From Phycisphaerae bacterium (GTDB lineage: Bacteria > Planctomycetota > Phycisphaerae > UBA1845 > Fen-1342), in assembly GCA_050115495.1 (NCBI GenBank), contig JASFQK010000022.1:35860-99859 (forward strand): a stretch of 64,000 nucleotides of DNA. Direction: 5' to 3'. Within the stretch, counting starts at the first letter, position 1. The number at the start of each line of letters is the position of its first letter. This document shows, one piece after another, positions 18,218 to 29,500 of the stretch. A model generated the notes under the pieces. That model was not told the origin of the DNA and did no database searches. It was given only the letters and a program-made list of their open reading frames with translations. Position numbers and translations under genes: made by a program.

Positions 18218-20371
18218 ATGCAAGTCATTCCCCCCGAGCAGCCGCAGCGCGATCTTTTCGGCGATGTCATTGGTTTTACGGACATTCGCAAGCGTGACGG
18301 ACGTGTTACACCGTTTAACGCGCGCAAGATTACGGACGCAGTTCAACGTGCGGGCGGTGCGACCGGCGAGTTCGACGAAGCGACGGCGCGACGCCTGACG
18401 CTCCGCATACTCAGCCTGGCTCAGGCAACCTTGGGCAACGGCATCCCGACGGTGGAGCAAATCCAGGACATCGTCGAACACGTCTTGCTGGAATCCCCCT
18501 TCAAGCGGACGGCTAAAGCGTACATTCTCTATCGGGACCAGCATGCACGGAACCGCGAGTTGATGGCGCGAGCCGACGTGGACCTTGTCGACCAATACCT
18601 GGAACGCCTGGACTGGAAGGTTCAGGAAAACAGCAACATGGCTTATTCACTCCAAGGCCTGAACAACTACGTTTCCAGCGAGGTCAGTAAGGTCTACTGG
18701 CTCAACAAGATCTACACGCCGGAAATCCGCGCCGCGCACAGCGAAGGTGACCTGCACATTCACGACCTCGGCGTGCTGTCGGTGTATTGCGTCGGCTGGG
18801 ACCTGCACGACCTGTTGCTGGTCGGTTTCCGGGGAGCCGCGGGCAAAACGGAGAGCGCTCCGGCGCGCCACTTCCGCAGTGCGCTGGGCCAGATCGTGAA
18901 CTTCTTCTACACGCTTCAGGGTGAAGCCGCAGGGGCACAGGCGTTTTCGAGTCTCGACACGCTCCTGGCGCCGTTCATCCGGTTCGACAACCTGTCATAC
19001 GAGCAGACCAAGCAGGCGCTCCAGGAATTCGTCTTCAACGTCAACGTCGCCACTCGCGTCGGCTTCCAGACGCCGTTTACCAACGTCACGCTGGATCTCC
19101 AGCCGCCCGCGGCCCTCGCCAACCAACCGGTCATCATCGGCGGCAAACCGCGGGAAGAGACCTACAGCGAGTTCCAGGAAGAGATGAACGTGTTCAACCG
19201 CGCCATGCTCGAAGTGCTCAGCGAGGGAGACGCCAGGGGCCGCGTGTTCACCTTCCCGATTCCAACCTTCAACATCAGCCCCGACTTCGACTGGGACGCG
19301 CCCCAACTCGAGAAACTGTGGGAAATCACGGCCAAGTACGGCATCCCGTATTTCGCGAACTTCGTGAATTCTGACCTGTCGCCGGACGACGCGCGCTCGA
19401 TGTGTTGCCGACTGCGTCTCGACCTGCGTCATCTGGCCAAACGCGGCGGCGGTCTGTTTGGCGCCAACCCGCTCACGGGCTCGATTGGCGTCGTCACGAT
19501 CAACATGCCGCGCCTCGGCTATCTGGCACAGTCCGAGGACGATTTCCTCGGCCGGCTCGATCTGCTCATGGAAATCGCCCGGGCCAGCCTGGAAACCAAA
19601 CGCAAAGTCCTGGAGCAACTGACCGAGAGGAATCTCTATCCCTATAGCCGCTTCTATTTGCGGCACATCAAAGAGCGGCACGATCGCTACTGGCACAATC
19701 ATTTCGCGACGATCGGGCTGGTGGGCATGAATGAGGCTTGCCTGAACCTGCTGCAATGCGACATCGGTGCGCCGAAAGGAGTCGCGTTCGCCACGCGGGT
19801 GCTCGATCACATGCGCGACCGACTCGCCACGTTTCAACAACAGACCGGGAACTTCTACAATCTCGAGGCGACGCCGGCCGAAGGGACGACCTATCGGCTT
19901 GCGCAGTTGGATCGGCAGCGATTCCCCGACATCCATGTGGCCAATGATCGCTCCGTCGCCGGCGGCGCCGAGCCGTTCTACACGAACTCGTCGCAACTGC
20001 CGGTCAATTACACTGATGACATCTTTGAGGTTCTCGATCTTCAGGATGAACTGCAGGCTCGATACACCGGTGGGACCGTCCAGCATATCTTCCTGGGCGA
20101 GGCTGTATCTGATCCCGCATCGGTGAAGGCTTTCGTCAAACGGGTCTGTGACGCCTATCGACTGCCCTACTTCACGGTTACGCCGACGTTCTCGATCTGT
20201 GCGTCACATGGCTACTTGCTCGGCCGACAACCGCGTTGCCCAAAATGCAACGCGGAAACCGAGGTGTACTCGCGTGTCGTCGGCTATCTGCGCCCGGTCA
20301 AGCAATGGAACGATGGCAAGCAAGCTGAGTTCGACGAGCGCAGCCGCTACCTGCTCGGAGCGTCAGCATGA
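18218..20371 (+). CDS. nrdD: Anaerobic (class III) ribonucleoside-triphosphate reductase with N-terminal ATP cone
   Basis: IRKRDGRVTPFN ATP cone; HIHDL, YCVGW, SMCCRL, EATPAEG, YTGGT, CxxH..CxxC Zn site, YSRVVGY glycyl-radical motif. Confidence 0.96.
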   Translation: MQVIPPEQPQRDLFGDVIGFTDIRKRDGRVTPFNARKITDAVQRAGGATGEFDEATARRLTLRILSLAQATLGNGIPTVEQIQDIVEHVLLESPFKRTAKAYILYRDQHARNRELMARADVDLVDQYLERLDWKVQENSNMAYSLQGLNNYVSSEVSKVYWLNKIYTPEIRAAHSEGDLHIHDLGVLSVYCVGWDLHDLLLVGFRGAAGKTESAPARHFRSALGQIVNFFYTLQGEAAGAQAFSSLDTLLAPFIRFDNLSYEQTKQALQEFVFNVNVATRVGFQTPFTNVTLDLQPPAALANQPVIIGGKPREETYSEFQEEMNVFNRAMLEVLSEGDARGRVFTFPIPTFNISPDFDWDAPQLEKLWEITAKYGIPYFANFVNSDLSPDDARSMCCRLRLDLRHLAKRGGGLFGANPLTGSIGVVTINMPRLGYLAQSEDDFLGRLDLLMEIARASLETKRKVLEQLTERNLYPYSRFYLRHIKERHDRYWHNHFATIGLVGMNEACLNLLQCDIGAPKGVAFATRVLDHMRDRLATFQQQTGNFYNLEATPAEGTTYRLAQLDRQRFPDIHVANDRSVAGGAEPFYTNSSQLPVNYTDDIFEVLDLQDELQARYTGGTVQHIFLGEAVSDPASVKAFVKRVCDAYRLPYFTVTPTFSICASHGYLLGRQPRCPKCNAETEVYSRVVGYLRPVKQWNDGKQAEFDERSRYLLGASA

Positions 20372-21021
20372 ACATCGGTGGCCTGCAACCATTCAGCCTC
20401 AACGACTTCCCCGGACGGGTGGCCGCCGTCATCTTCACCCAGGGCTGCAACTTCTGTTGCCCCTTCTGCCACAACGGACAATTGGTTTCGTCCAACGGCG
20501 TCCCTGACGAGCAGTTGTCAGACGGCGATGTTCTCCGTTTCCTGCGGAACCGCCGGCGGCAGATCGACGGCGTCGTTCTAAGCGGTGGCGAGCCTACCCT
20601 ACAGCCCGATCTGCCGGATTTTCTGTGCCAACTTCGCCGACTCGGCTACGCGATCAAGATCGACACGAACGGATCGCGGCCCGACGTGATCCGGCGGCTG
20701 ATCGCAGCCGAGTTCGTCGATTTCATTGCGATGGACGTGAAGGCGCCGCTGGAACGATATGACGTCCTGTCCGGTACACGCGTGAACACAGCGGAGATCC
20801 TGGAATCGATCCAGCTGATCTCGGCCAGCACGATCGCCCACCAGTTCCGCACAACGGTAGTCCCTTCACTGCTCCATGCCGCCGACATTGCGCGGATTCG
20901 CCGCCTGCTTCCTGAGAACGAGGAACTGCGCTTGCAGACTTTCCAGCCGGAGCACGCTCGGGACCCGGCGCTGCGTCAGCAAGCTGCTGCGAATCAGTCT
21001 CACGCGGCTCTGGCTGGTTAG
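20368..21021 (+). CDS. nrdG: Anaerobic RNR activating radical SAM enzyme
   Basis: GCNFCCPFCHN, SGGEP, DTNGS; start overlaps the nrdD stop. Confidence 0.93.
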   Translation: MNIGGLQPFSLNDFPGRVAAVIFTQGCNFCCPFCHNGQLVSSNGVPDEQLSDGDVLRFLRNRRRQIDGVVLSGGEPTLQPDLPDFLCQLRRLGYAIKIDTNGSRPDVIRRLIAAEFVDFIAMDVKAPLERYDVLSGTRVNTAEILESIQLISASTIAHQFRTTVVPSLLHAADIARIRRLLPENEELRLQTFQPEHARDPALRQQAAANQSHAALAG

Positions 21022-21040
21022 TGGCTGATCGGAGAACGCC

Positions 21041-21607
21041 ATGAGCATCTGCCCCGATACCTGGATTATCAGCAAGGCCCGCAACGAAGGCATGATCGAC
21101 CCGTTCGTGCCCGGGCTGGTGCGCCAGATCGAAAACCGTCCCGTGATTTCTTACGGCGTGTCGTCTTACGGGTACGATGTTCGTGTCTCAAACCAGTTTC
21201 GCATCTTCACGAACGTTTACGGCTCTGTGGTCGATCCGAAGGCGTTCGATCCCAAGGGCTTGGTGGCAGTCGAGAGTGAGGTCTGTCTGATTCCTCCGAA
21301 CAGCTTCGCGCTGGCGCTCAGCGTCGAGTACTTTCGGATCCCGCGGAACGTCTTGACACTGTGCGTGGGCAAATCGACCTACGCACGCTGCGGCATCATC
21401 GTCAATGTCACGCCATTCGAACCCGGTTGGGAAGGTCGCGCCGTGCTGGAGATTTCGAACACGACGCCGTTGCCGGCTCGTGTGTATGCGAACGAGGGCC
21501 TGGCCCAGGTGCTGTTCTTCGAAGCCGCGCAGCCCTGCAAGACCAGCTACGCTGACCGCAAGGGTAAGTATCAATCTCAAAACGACATCACGCTACCACA
21601 AGCGTGA
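21041..21607 (+). CDS. dcd: dCTP deaminase
   Basis: [65 protein letters not shown]. Confidence 0.96.
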   Translation: MSICPDTWIISKARNEGMIDPFVPGLVRQIENRPVISYGVSSYGYDVRVSNQFRIFTNVYGSVVDPKAFDPKGLVAVESEVCLIPPNSFALALSVEYFRIPRNVLTLCVGKSTYARCGIIVNVTPFEPGWEGRAVLEISNTTPLPARVYANEGLAQVLFFEAAQPCKTSYADRKGKYQSQNDITLPQA

Positions 21608-21934
21608 CGCAAGACCGTCGTGTGGGGTCACGGCCAGCGAAGGCGAGAGCCGCTGCAACTCGCGGCCGCTGTACACGTCCCACATGCGGGCGGTGCCGTC
21701 TTCGCTGGCGGACAGGGCGCGGGTGCCGTCGCCGGAAAATGTCGCCGACGTAACCGCCACGGTGTGCCCCCGGAATCGCAGCAGCTCGATTCCGTTCTCG
21801 ACATCCCACAGCCGGAAGCTGCTTTCGCCACCACCTCGCGTCAGGACGTGCTTGCCATCGGGTGAGAACGGAATGGACACCCCGACGTCCGAGTGCCCCA
21901 ACTGCGCCACCAGCAACCCGACGATTCCGATCAA
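21593..21934 (-). pseudogene. WD40-repeat remnant (about two blades)
   Basis: GHSD...FSPDGKHVLT...RLWD and GHTVAVTSATFSGDG...SASEDGTARMWD; too short for a propeller; overlaps the dcd 3' end. Confidence 0.7.
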
Positions 21935-21968
21935 ACGGAGAAACAGACGAACAGGCGAACGTATCCTG

Positions 21969-24110
21969 CTATTCCTCGGCGCGCGGCTCGGCGGCGGGGA
22001 CGATGTCGAACGACACGTTCCGCGCCGCCCAGTTCACGGCGTTTTCGAAGTCGCCGCGGGCACGGGTGGCGTCCGCGCCGCGGGCGGTCTGCCGGCTCCA
22101 GGCGCGGTCGAGCTTCTGGATGAACGGATCACGCGGACCGCGGGCGCCGCGAGCCCTGGCCGAGGCGATCAACCAGTCGAAGTCCAGCTCCTTGCTGGCG
22201 ACCAGCACCTTGATACCGACCGGCAGGCGGTCGACGCGCAAGTCGCCCAGCCGGGCGGTCGTCGTCCACGAGTGCGTCCTGTCGTTCTTGCCCGTTCCGA
22301 GCGTTATGCGGTGCGTGTCGCCAATCCGCATCAGAAGCGGCCCCTGCCCCAGTGCTTCCACGCGGTAGTACAGATAGACGTAATACGGCTCGGTGCCGCG
22401 GCTCGTGATGTTGATGCGGATGCGCGCTCCGTCCGGAACCTGGGCCACACCGCCGACTTCCATGAACGGGATGATCTCGTTCGTGTCGCTCGACACAGCG
22501 ATGCCGGCCTGAATCTCGAGGTTCGCCTCGTTGCCGGTCAGGCCCCAGAAGCGCTGCTGCCGGGTGAGTTCATCGAGCGAGACGGCGACCTGGTCGGCGA
22601 TGGTGTCCACCTGCCCGTTCGATGAGATCTCGATCGTACGCAGCGGCGCACCGGGCTCGGCGCTATCCGGCGCACCTTTGCGAAAGACGGCGTCGTCGTG
22701 GGCATAGATGGCCAGGGTCGCGTCCGATTTCGCCTTGTCGATGATGAAATCCGCGTCGGTAGGGTCGTCACACAGAGCCAGCCGGCCCTCCTTGCCATGC
22801 GCGAGCAGTTCGTCGCGAACCGCCTCGGGGACGTTCGCTGAAACGAACGCCGGAAGATCACTGGCCGCCCAGGCGCTAACGACGGCGACCGCACCTTCCG
22901 GAACCGGGGACGGCGAGGGATCGACCAGCCGGATGATCGCCCGATCGAGAATGGCTTTCTCGACGAGGGCCTCGGCCACCGGCGGCTCGTTGTTGTACAG
23001 CGCGTCCAGGCTGGCGAGGACCCGGAGTTGCGTGCCGCTCACCAGCCCCAGGGCCAGGCCGGCGTCGACCTCATACTCGCCATCTTCCGCTGTGTCCTGA
23101 CGTGCGGTCACGTGGAAATGCACGGGCTGCAATTGCGTGGCGAAGCAGACCGTGCGGCGGTCCGCCGGCTCGACGGCATGCAGCGCGGGCTGCTGTTTCC
23201 AGCCGCGCTGTTGCATGTAGTCGCCGATGTCCCGGTGAAGGTCTGCGTAGCTGTGACCGGGGCGATGCTTGAGCAGCGACTGCTGCAGCGCGTAGGAGAA
23301 CCGTCCCCACATCTCCTGGCACCCATCCGGACCGGTGGGGGCGTCGGTCTCCTCGGCCACGTCGTTGTCCTGCGTCGCGGCGAAGCACACAAACCGTGGC
23401 CGGCGTGTTCGCGTATCCTTCGGCGGTCCGCAGGCGTCCACAAACTCACCCGCTTTGGCGTCCGGACGCAGGTTGCCGAAGCGCTTGCAGAGCTCAGGGA
23501 AGAGCGGTTCGCGCGGGCCGGGGGGAAAGTGCTCTCCGCGACTGACGGATAAGCCGTCGCTGCCCCGCCAACTCGTCGCGCAGTGGCACGCGTCGACGAA
23601 CATGACCAGATCGGCGCCCAGGTCGGCCACGGCCGCACGCCACATGGCGACGTCATCGTCGCGTATGTCGTGTTCGCCGTGTCCCTCCGACTTGGTCACG
23701 GTGACCCAGGTTTCATCCAGGTGGTCGCTCTCATCGCCGTTTTGGTCTTCGACGCGACTGCCGTGGCCGAAGTAGTAGAGGACGGCGGTGACTTCGCGTC
23801 CCTCGCTACGGGCCTGCCGGATGCGCTCGAGGAAGTCGCGCAGGCGATCGCGCACGACCTCGCGCGAGCCGTCCATGAGCGGCTCGCCCCACGAGATGCC
23901 GAAGCACCTCGTCAACGACGGCAGCAGTCGGTCCTTGTGCGTGGCATTGCTCTCATACGTTGGACGGGCATCCTGGTAGTGTCCCATGCCGATGTAGAGA
24001 CCGATGATCTCGCGGTCCTCGGCCAGTGCTGCGCAGTGGACCAGCAAGGCGAAGACGCACGCGGCGAGCCAGACTCTGCCGGGCGAATTGGCTGACCGGC
24101 AATAGGTCAT
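21969..24110 (-). CDS. Signal-peptide-bearing caspase-family (C14, metacaspase-like) protease with a long C-terminal extension
   Basis: VWLAACVFALLVHCAALA signal; YYFGHGS (His), DESDHLDETW, FVDACH (Cys); C-terminal region reminiscent of DUF4384. Confidence 0.85.
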   Translation of the reverse strand: MTYCRSANSPGRVWLAACVFALLVHCAALAEDREIIGLYIGMGHYQDARPTYESNATHKDRLLPSLTRCFGISWGEPLMDGSREVVRDRLRDFLERIRQARSEGREVTAVLYYFGHGSRVEDQNGDESDHLDETWVTVTKSEGHGEHDIRDDDVAMWRAAVADLGADLVMFVDACHCATSWRGSDGLSVSRGEHFPPGPREPLFPELCKRFGNLRPDAKAGEFVDACGPPKDTRTRRPRFVCFAATQDNDVAEETDAPTGPDGCQEMWGRFSYALQQSLLKHRPGHSYADLHRDIGDYMQQRGWKQQPALHAVEPADRRTVCFATQLQPVHFHVTARQDTAEDGEYEVDAGLALGLVSGTQLRVLASLDALYNNEPPVAEALVEKAILDRAIIRLVDPSPSPVPEGAVAVVSAWAASDLPAFVSANVPEAVRDELLAHGKEGRLALCDDPTDADFIIDKAKSDATLAIYAHDDAVFRKGAPDSAEPGAPLRTIEISSNGQVDTIADQVAVSLDELTRQQRFWGLTGNEANLEIQAGIAVSSDTNEIIPFMEVGGVAQVPDGARIRINITSRGTEPYYVYLYYRVEALGQGPLLMRIGDTHRITLGTGKNDRTHSWTTTARLGDLRVDRLPVGIKVLVASKELDFDWLIASARARGARGPRDPFIQKLDRAWSRQTARGADATRARGDFENAVNWAARNVSFDIVPAAEPRAEE

Positions 24111-25837
24111 CAGGCCCCCCCGCCGAAGATCTGAGCCAGCGTACGATCAAGCTTCACGCCCTCGATCTGCGGCGTCTGTGGGCGCGCAGATCCCAGCTTC
24201 TCGGAGACGTACTCATGCACGCGAGCGCGAACGTGGTCCATGAACTCGCGCATCGTGATGCGCGTGCCGTTGCCGTCGATCTCGTCCACCAGGAAACGGG
24301 TGAACACGCTCGGCCGGCCGTTCACGCCGGCGCGGGAGGTCTCGTCATCCGCGCAGCCGGCCCAGAGCACGTGATGACGCGGGCTGTCGACGAAGTGTCC
24401 TTCGCCGGCGTCGCCCTTGCTCGGGATGTACTCCGTCGGCAGAACGAGGTGTTCCTGGATCCAGGGGGCCTTGAGGTTCACCGCCTTGAAGTCCTCGCCG
24501 AGCGTGCCGGATCCGGCGTGACAGGAGTCGAAGATAGCCAGCGCGCGGTCGCAATCCAACTCGTCGAGCAGAGCGCCGATCTCGTCATCGACGAGCACGG
24601 ACGAGGCGTCCTCCAGCCCCCACACGTAAAGCACCTCATCCAGGTCGTCTTTCTCGTCCTTGCGGCCGACGTCGTCCATCTGCGCCCCGTGGCCGGAGTA
24701 GTAGAACAGCGCCAGACCGTCCGGACCGACCTGACCGAGGAACTCGCGGATACCGCGGATGATGTTGTCACGCGAGGCCTGGTTGTTGGTGAGCGTGAGG
24801 ATGTTCTCCTCGCTGAACCCGAAGCGATCGACCAGCAGGTCCCGCATCACGCCCACGTCGATCACGCAACTGCTCAGGTCGGATTCCTCGCCGGGGTAGT
24901 CGTCGATGCCCACCAGCAGCGCGTATCGTCCGTCGGACGACCCGCCGGTGCTGAAGGACGGCATCGGGGCCGCGCGCTCGACCGCCTCGACTTCCCGGAT
25001 TCGCAGCTCGTAGTCACCCGATTCCCGTGCGGAGTAGGCGTTGACGACCGCGAAGTACCGGCCGGTGCGCGGGAGCTGGATGCGGATGCGGCTGCTGTTG
25101 CCCGAGCCGAAGTCGTCATTCGACGTCAGCACCGTGCGATCGTCATCTTCCACGATGCCGATGGCCAGAACAGGATCGAAGGACGAGGACGTCAGCGTCA
25201 GCACCAGGGTCTGGCCGCGACGGCCCTGGAAGTAGACGAGCTCGAAGAGGCTGCCGTCGCTGAGGCGATCATCATCGGACGCGGAGAGCCGGCCGCGATG
25301 AACGGGTGGCGGCGCGTCGGTTCCCGAATCGTCTCCGGACCAGCTCGACCGGCGACCCGCCCGCTCGACGTCGATCGTAAGCGTGTACTCGCCGCGATCG
25401 GAGCGGTCCGCGCCGTTCGCGACGACGAGGTACTCACCACCGGTCTCGATCGTGACCTCCAGCCGGGCATCCAGCCCCGGGCCGCTGTCGTCATCTTCCG
25501 CGACGGTGTCGAGGCCTTCGTCCGTACGCCGCACGAGCAGCACGTACGCATCCAGGTCCGTCGAGGACATCGCGATCACCACGCGGTCGCCGGCGGAGAA
25601 GCTCGCCGTGTAGGCGTCGGCCCGCGATCCGTCGCGGATTTGCGTGTCGGAGCTGTCCAGCCGGCCGTATTCCGTCCTCCGCTCCCTGGTCTCGGAGAAG
25701 TCTCCTTTGAGCATGATCTTGTGGGGGGCTTCGAGTTCGGCCGTGATCTGCTTGGCTGGGGCCGGCGAATCGAGGCCGAGCGTGAACAGGCTGAGGCACG
25801 CGGTCGCGATGATGGCGGCGGCAATCCTGGCGTCCAT
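24110..25837 (-). CDS. Signal-peptide-bearing caspase-family (C14) protease with two N-terminal PPC-like domains
   Basis: MDARIAAAIIATACLSLFTLG signal; two PPC-like units (DAYVLL..EDDDSG..DARL; DPVLAI..NDDFG..SSRI); ALLVGIDDY, FYYSGHG, IFDSCH; TGATG coupling to the next caspase. Confidence 0.87.
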   Translation of the reverse strand: MDARIAAAIIATACLSLFTLGLDSPAPAKQITAELEAPHKIMLKGDFSETRERRTEYGRLDSSDTQIRDGSRADAYTASFSAGDRVVIAMSSTDLDAYVLLVRRTDEGLDTVAEDDDSGPGLDARLEVTIETGGEYLVVANGADRSDRGEYTLTIDVERAGRRSSWSGDDSGTDAPPPVHRGRLSASDDDRLSDGSLFELVYFQGRRGQTLVLTLTSSSFDPVLAIGIVEDDDRTVLTSNDDFGSGNSSRIRIQLPRTGRYFAVVNAYSARESGDYELRIREVEAVERAAPMPSFSTGGSSDGRYALLVGIDDYPGEESDLSSCVIDVGVMRDLLVDRFGFSEENILTLTNNQASRDNIIRGIREFLGQVGPDGLALFYYSGHGAQMDDVGRKDEKDDLDEVLYVWGLEDASSVLVDDEIGALLDELDCDRALAIFDSCHAGSGTLGEDFKAVNLKAPWIQEHLVLPTEYIPSKGDAGEGHFVDSPRHHVLWAGCADDETSRAGVNGRPSVFTRFLVDEIDGNGTRITMREFMDHVRARVHEYVSEKLGSARPQTPQIEGVKLDRTLAQIFGGGA

Positions 25838-26547
25838 CGGCAGTCCCCTTTCTGAGCTGCTCTGGGCCCTCATGTGAGAGCCGGGCTTCATCTTCCATCC
25901 ACGAACAATCTGCCTGCGCACGGGTGCTGGCGAGCGCTCGCCCATCGAGGCAATTACGACACCCGCTCGCTCATTTGGATGCAGTTCTCGCTCGAGAGTT
26001 CCGCCCCTCGCCCGGCGTCGAACCGGAGACATGTCCGGACAAGAACGGAAACCCATTGTAGCAAGCACGATAGCACGTCGGAAGCATGCCTGACCGGGGG
26101 CACGCGACGGCCCGGACGCGTTGGATGCGGCTCGCGCGTCCGCCGCCGCCGAGCCGGCCGCCGACGGAGTCCGGAAGCCGGCCCGTGAGCGGTTCCGAAC
26201 CTCGGAGCCGGCCCGCGTTCTTTACGCCGGCGGGGCGGGGCGGCATCATGGTGATGGCTGCCCGTCGACGCTTTTCGATCTGCCGCCTGGCGGCAGCGCC
26301 GGCGTCCTGACGGCGGCCGCGACGTGGTGCTTCCTGACGCCTGCCCGCGAGATGGGAGGGTTATTTTGGCGCTCCATTCCGGTCACGCGGTGAAGATGGG
26401 GAGCGGCTTGGTTACACGAACGGGACATATATCGGCGACCGAATCCGGTACCGTCAGAACCGAACCAGCCCGGCGACCACTCGCACTTCTAAGGTCCGCT
26501 CGTGCTCGTTAAGAATCGTGAATGAGGCGGGGTGAAAGCCGGACGAG

Positions 26548-29500
26548 ATGCGTATGACCTACTGCCCACAGCGAGACCAGATCCGCACCTGGCGATACGC
26601 AATCCGAACGAGCAGCATCGGCATCTGCCTGCTGCTTCTCGTCGCGGCACCACCCGCGCCAGCCCAGGAAACGCATCTGCTCAAACCGGGCGCTACGATC
26701 ATCATCGAGGGAGAGCTAACAACCGCGGACCCACATCCAAACGGTAGCCGCCCTGTCGACACGTACATCGTCACCGTCCCCGGCGGGCCGATCGCCATCG
26801 ACGTGTACTCGTCGGATGTCGACACCTACCTGCACGTCGCGCTGGAAGAGGATGATGGTCACCTCGCGACGATTGGTGATGATGACGGAGGCGCTGATAC
26901 GGATAGCCGCCTTGCGTTCAAACTGACGCATGCGCGGATCGTGTGCATTTCGGTTACTTCGATTGGCGCCGGCGAGTATGGCCGGTACAGGCTCCTGCTC
27001 ACCTCTGGCACACCCGGCGGCCCGTTTCTACCGTTTCACGCGCTCGCCACGGTGCTTGAATTGCAGGACGACATGGACGACCGCAGGCAGGCGTTTGCGG
27101 AACAGGACATGCGCTTGCTGGCCAGCACCATCGCGTCAGCCGAGCAGATCGTCGCCATCAGGGAATCGCATCAGGCAGACTGGCCTGATGGCCGAGGCCC
27201 CTGGTGGGAGCTGCGAGACAGCGAACTGCAAGTCGCCGAATTGAGACGGCTTCAGACACGCTCCGCGGAAGAGACGGCAGAACTGCGTGACGCCCGCATC
27301 GAGTTCGACATCGCCCTCGAAAGCGCCACTCCGGAGACGGCGGCAGAGGCGCTGCGCGATGCCGATCGCAGTCGGCTCGTGATGCAGTGCATCATGGGAG
27401 ATGATCACCCGGATGTACTCGAAGCGCTCATCTATTCCGGCTATGCGCTGTATTCCCTCCACCAGTACACTGACGCTGAACCCTACTTCCGCGAGGCGAT
27501 GGAGAAGCAGCGCCGGGTGCTGGGCCCGGATCACCCTTCCACACTGCTCTCGGTGACCCTGTATGGTGCCGTGCTGGCGCGGCTGGACCGACCGGGGGAG
27601 GCCGAGCCCTACCACCGCGAGGCGCTGGAGGGCCGGCGCCGTGTGCTCGGCAGCAATCATCGCGACACGGTTGCCTCCTTGCTGGATTACGCCCACCTGC
27701 TCCACGCTCTCGGCCGCGATATGGAAGCTCAGCCCTATCGGCGGCAGGCGCTGGAGTGCAAACGACGAATACTCGGCAATGAGGACCCAAGCACCATGGC
27801 CTCGCTCTATGTCTACGGGGTTCGCGTCTTGGCGCTCGATTGCCCAATGGAGGCCGAACCGTACCTTCGCGAAGCCCTGGAATTGCGCCAGTCCGTCCTG
27901 GGGTACAACCATCCGGACACGCTGCATTCGCTGGATGCCTACGGGCTGGTCATGGAATCACTGGGGCGCAATGCGGAGGCTCTGCTGTACTGGCGGGCCG
28001 CAATGGACGGTCGCCGTCGCGTGTTGGGAGAGGATCACCCGCTGACTTTGGGATCGCTGGAGCATTACGGTTCCGCGCTCTGGGCGCTGGATCGGCCGGC
28101 GCAGGCCGAACCGTATCTGCGTGCGGCCGTGGAAGGGCGTCGTCGCGTGCTGGGCGAACTGCATCCGCACACCCTGCGGTCACTTGGTCGCTTGGGTTGC
28201 CTGCTTCGCCTGTTGGACCGACCGACCGACGCTGAACCGTATTGTCGCCAGGCACTCGAAGGATGGCGCCAGATACGGGGGGATGATGACTCCGAGTACC
28301 TGGACTCACTTGCGGATTACGGCAACCTGCTGCACGACCTGGGCAGGCCGGCTGAGGCCCGGTCATGCCTTCGCGACGCATTGGCAGGATGTCGGCGCAC
28401 GTTGGGAAACAACCACCCGTTGACCTTCTCGGTTCTCCAGAGCCACGTGTTGGGGCTTCACGACACGGACGATGCAGGGGAAGTTCTCTCAGCGTACCGT
28501 GAGTTGCTGGAAATCACCGAGCGACTGAGAGTGGAGACCGTCGCCACCGAGTTGCAGCGCGCAGAGAAAGCGAACGAATACGACCTGGCGGAGACCGGGC
28601 GATACCTCGCCTGGCTGGAACTGGACCAAGGCGACTGCAGGTTGGCGCACGAGGCGATGGAACGAAGCACGTCGCGGGCGCTGTTGGATCTGATCGAGCG
28701 AGGCCGTGAAGGCGCGGCGAAGATCGTTGATCCGGCACTGCTCGCCCGTATCGCTGCGGCACGGGAGCGCGAGTCGGAAACGCGGCAGGCGGTTGTCTCT
28801 GCAGAACACCGCCTTGCCACGATGCGTGAGTCTCTGCGGCGAGACGCGGCAGGATCCGGACGGCGCGCCGAGGAAGTCCGCATGCAGAGAGCGGAAGTCG
28901 AGCGTTTGCGACAGCTTCTCAGCGAACGAACTCTGGCTGTGTTCAGACTGCTGCGCGATGCATACCCGGTGGCAAGACCGCTGCAGGCGAGTGAATTACA
29001 GGCGAGCCTGGGCGCAGATGAAGCCATCGTTCAATTCGGCTGGTTGAATGCCGGTGCTGCATTGGCAATGGCACTCGATGCACGCCACCTGGAGGGCGGC
29101 GAGATCGGCGTGCGTGAGCCGTCTGTTGAGGCGCTCGAGGCGAGTGTCGAGGCATTGAAGCACGATTGCGCCACACGCGGAGCGCTCGCCGCAGATGATG
29201 TGCGGCTCCGTCAGCTTCGCGAGGGGCTCTTCCCCTCGAAGGTCGGGGAGATGATCGATGCCGCGAAGCGGGTCGTCATCATACCGGACGGTCCGCTCAA
29301 CGGTCTTCCGTTCGGTCTGCTCCTGCCGGACAAGGAGGTATCCTACGCTGCCTCGGCCACGATGTACGTGGATCGTGTCCGGGCTGCGCGGGCGCAGGCC
29401 GATACCGAACGTTCCAAAGCTGTCCTCGTCGTCGGTGATCCCGACTTTGGCAATGCGCCCGCTCCGACGCGTACTCCTTCGCTGGACGAGCCCCTTGAGC

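Noticed and set aside
25840..26545. 700-bp divergent intergenic region as a possible ncRNA or IS remnant
   Set aside because: No recognisable RNA motif, terminal repeat or transposase motif was found by eye.
27390..28510. Periodic DNA repeats that could suggest a CRISPR array
   Set aside because: The period is 126 nt, in frame and degenerate, and encodes TPRs; there are no identical repeats with unique spacers and no cas genes, so this is not a Craspase locus in this window.
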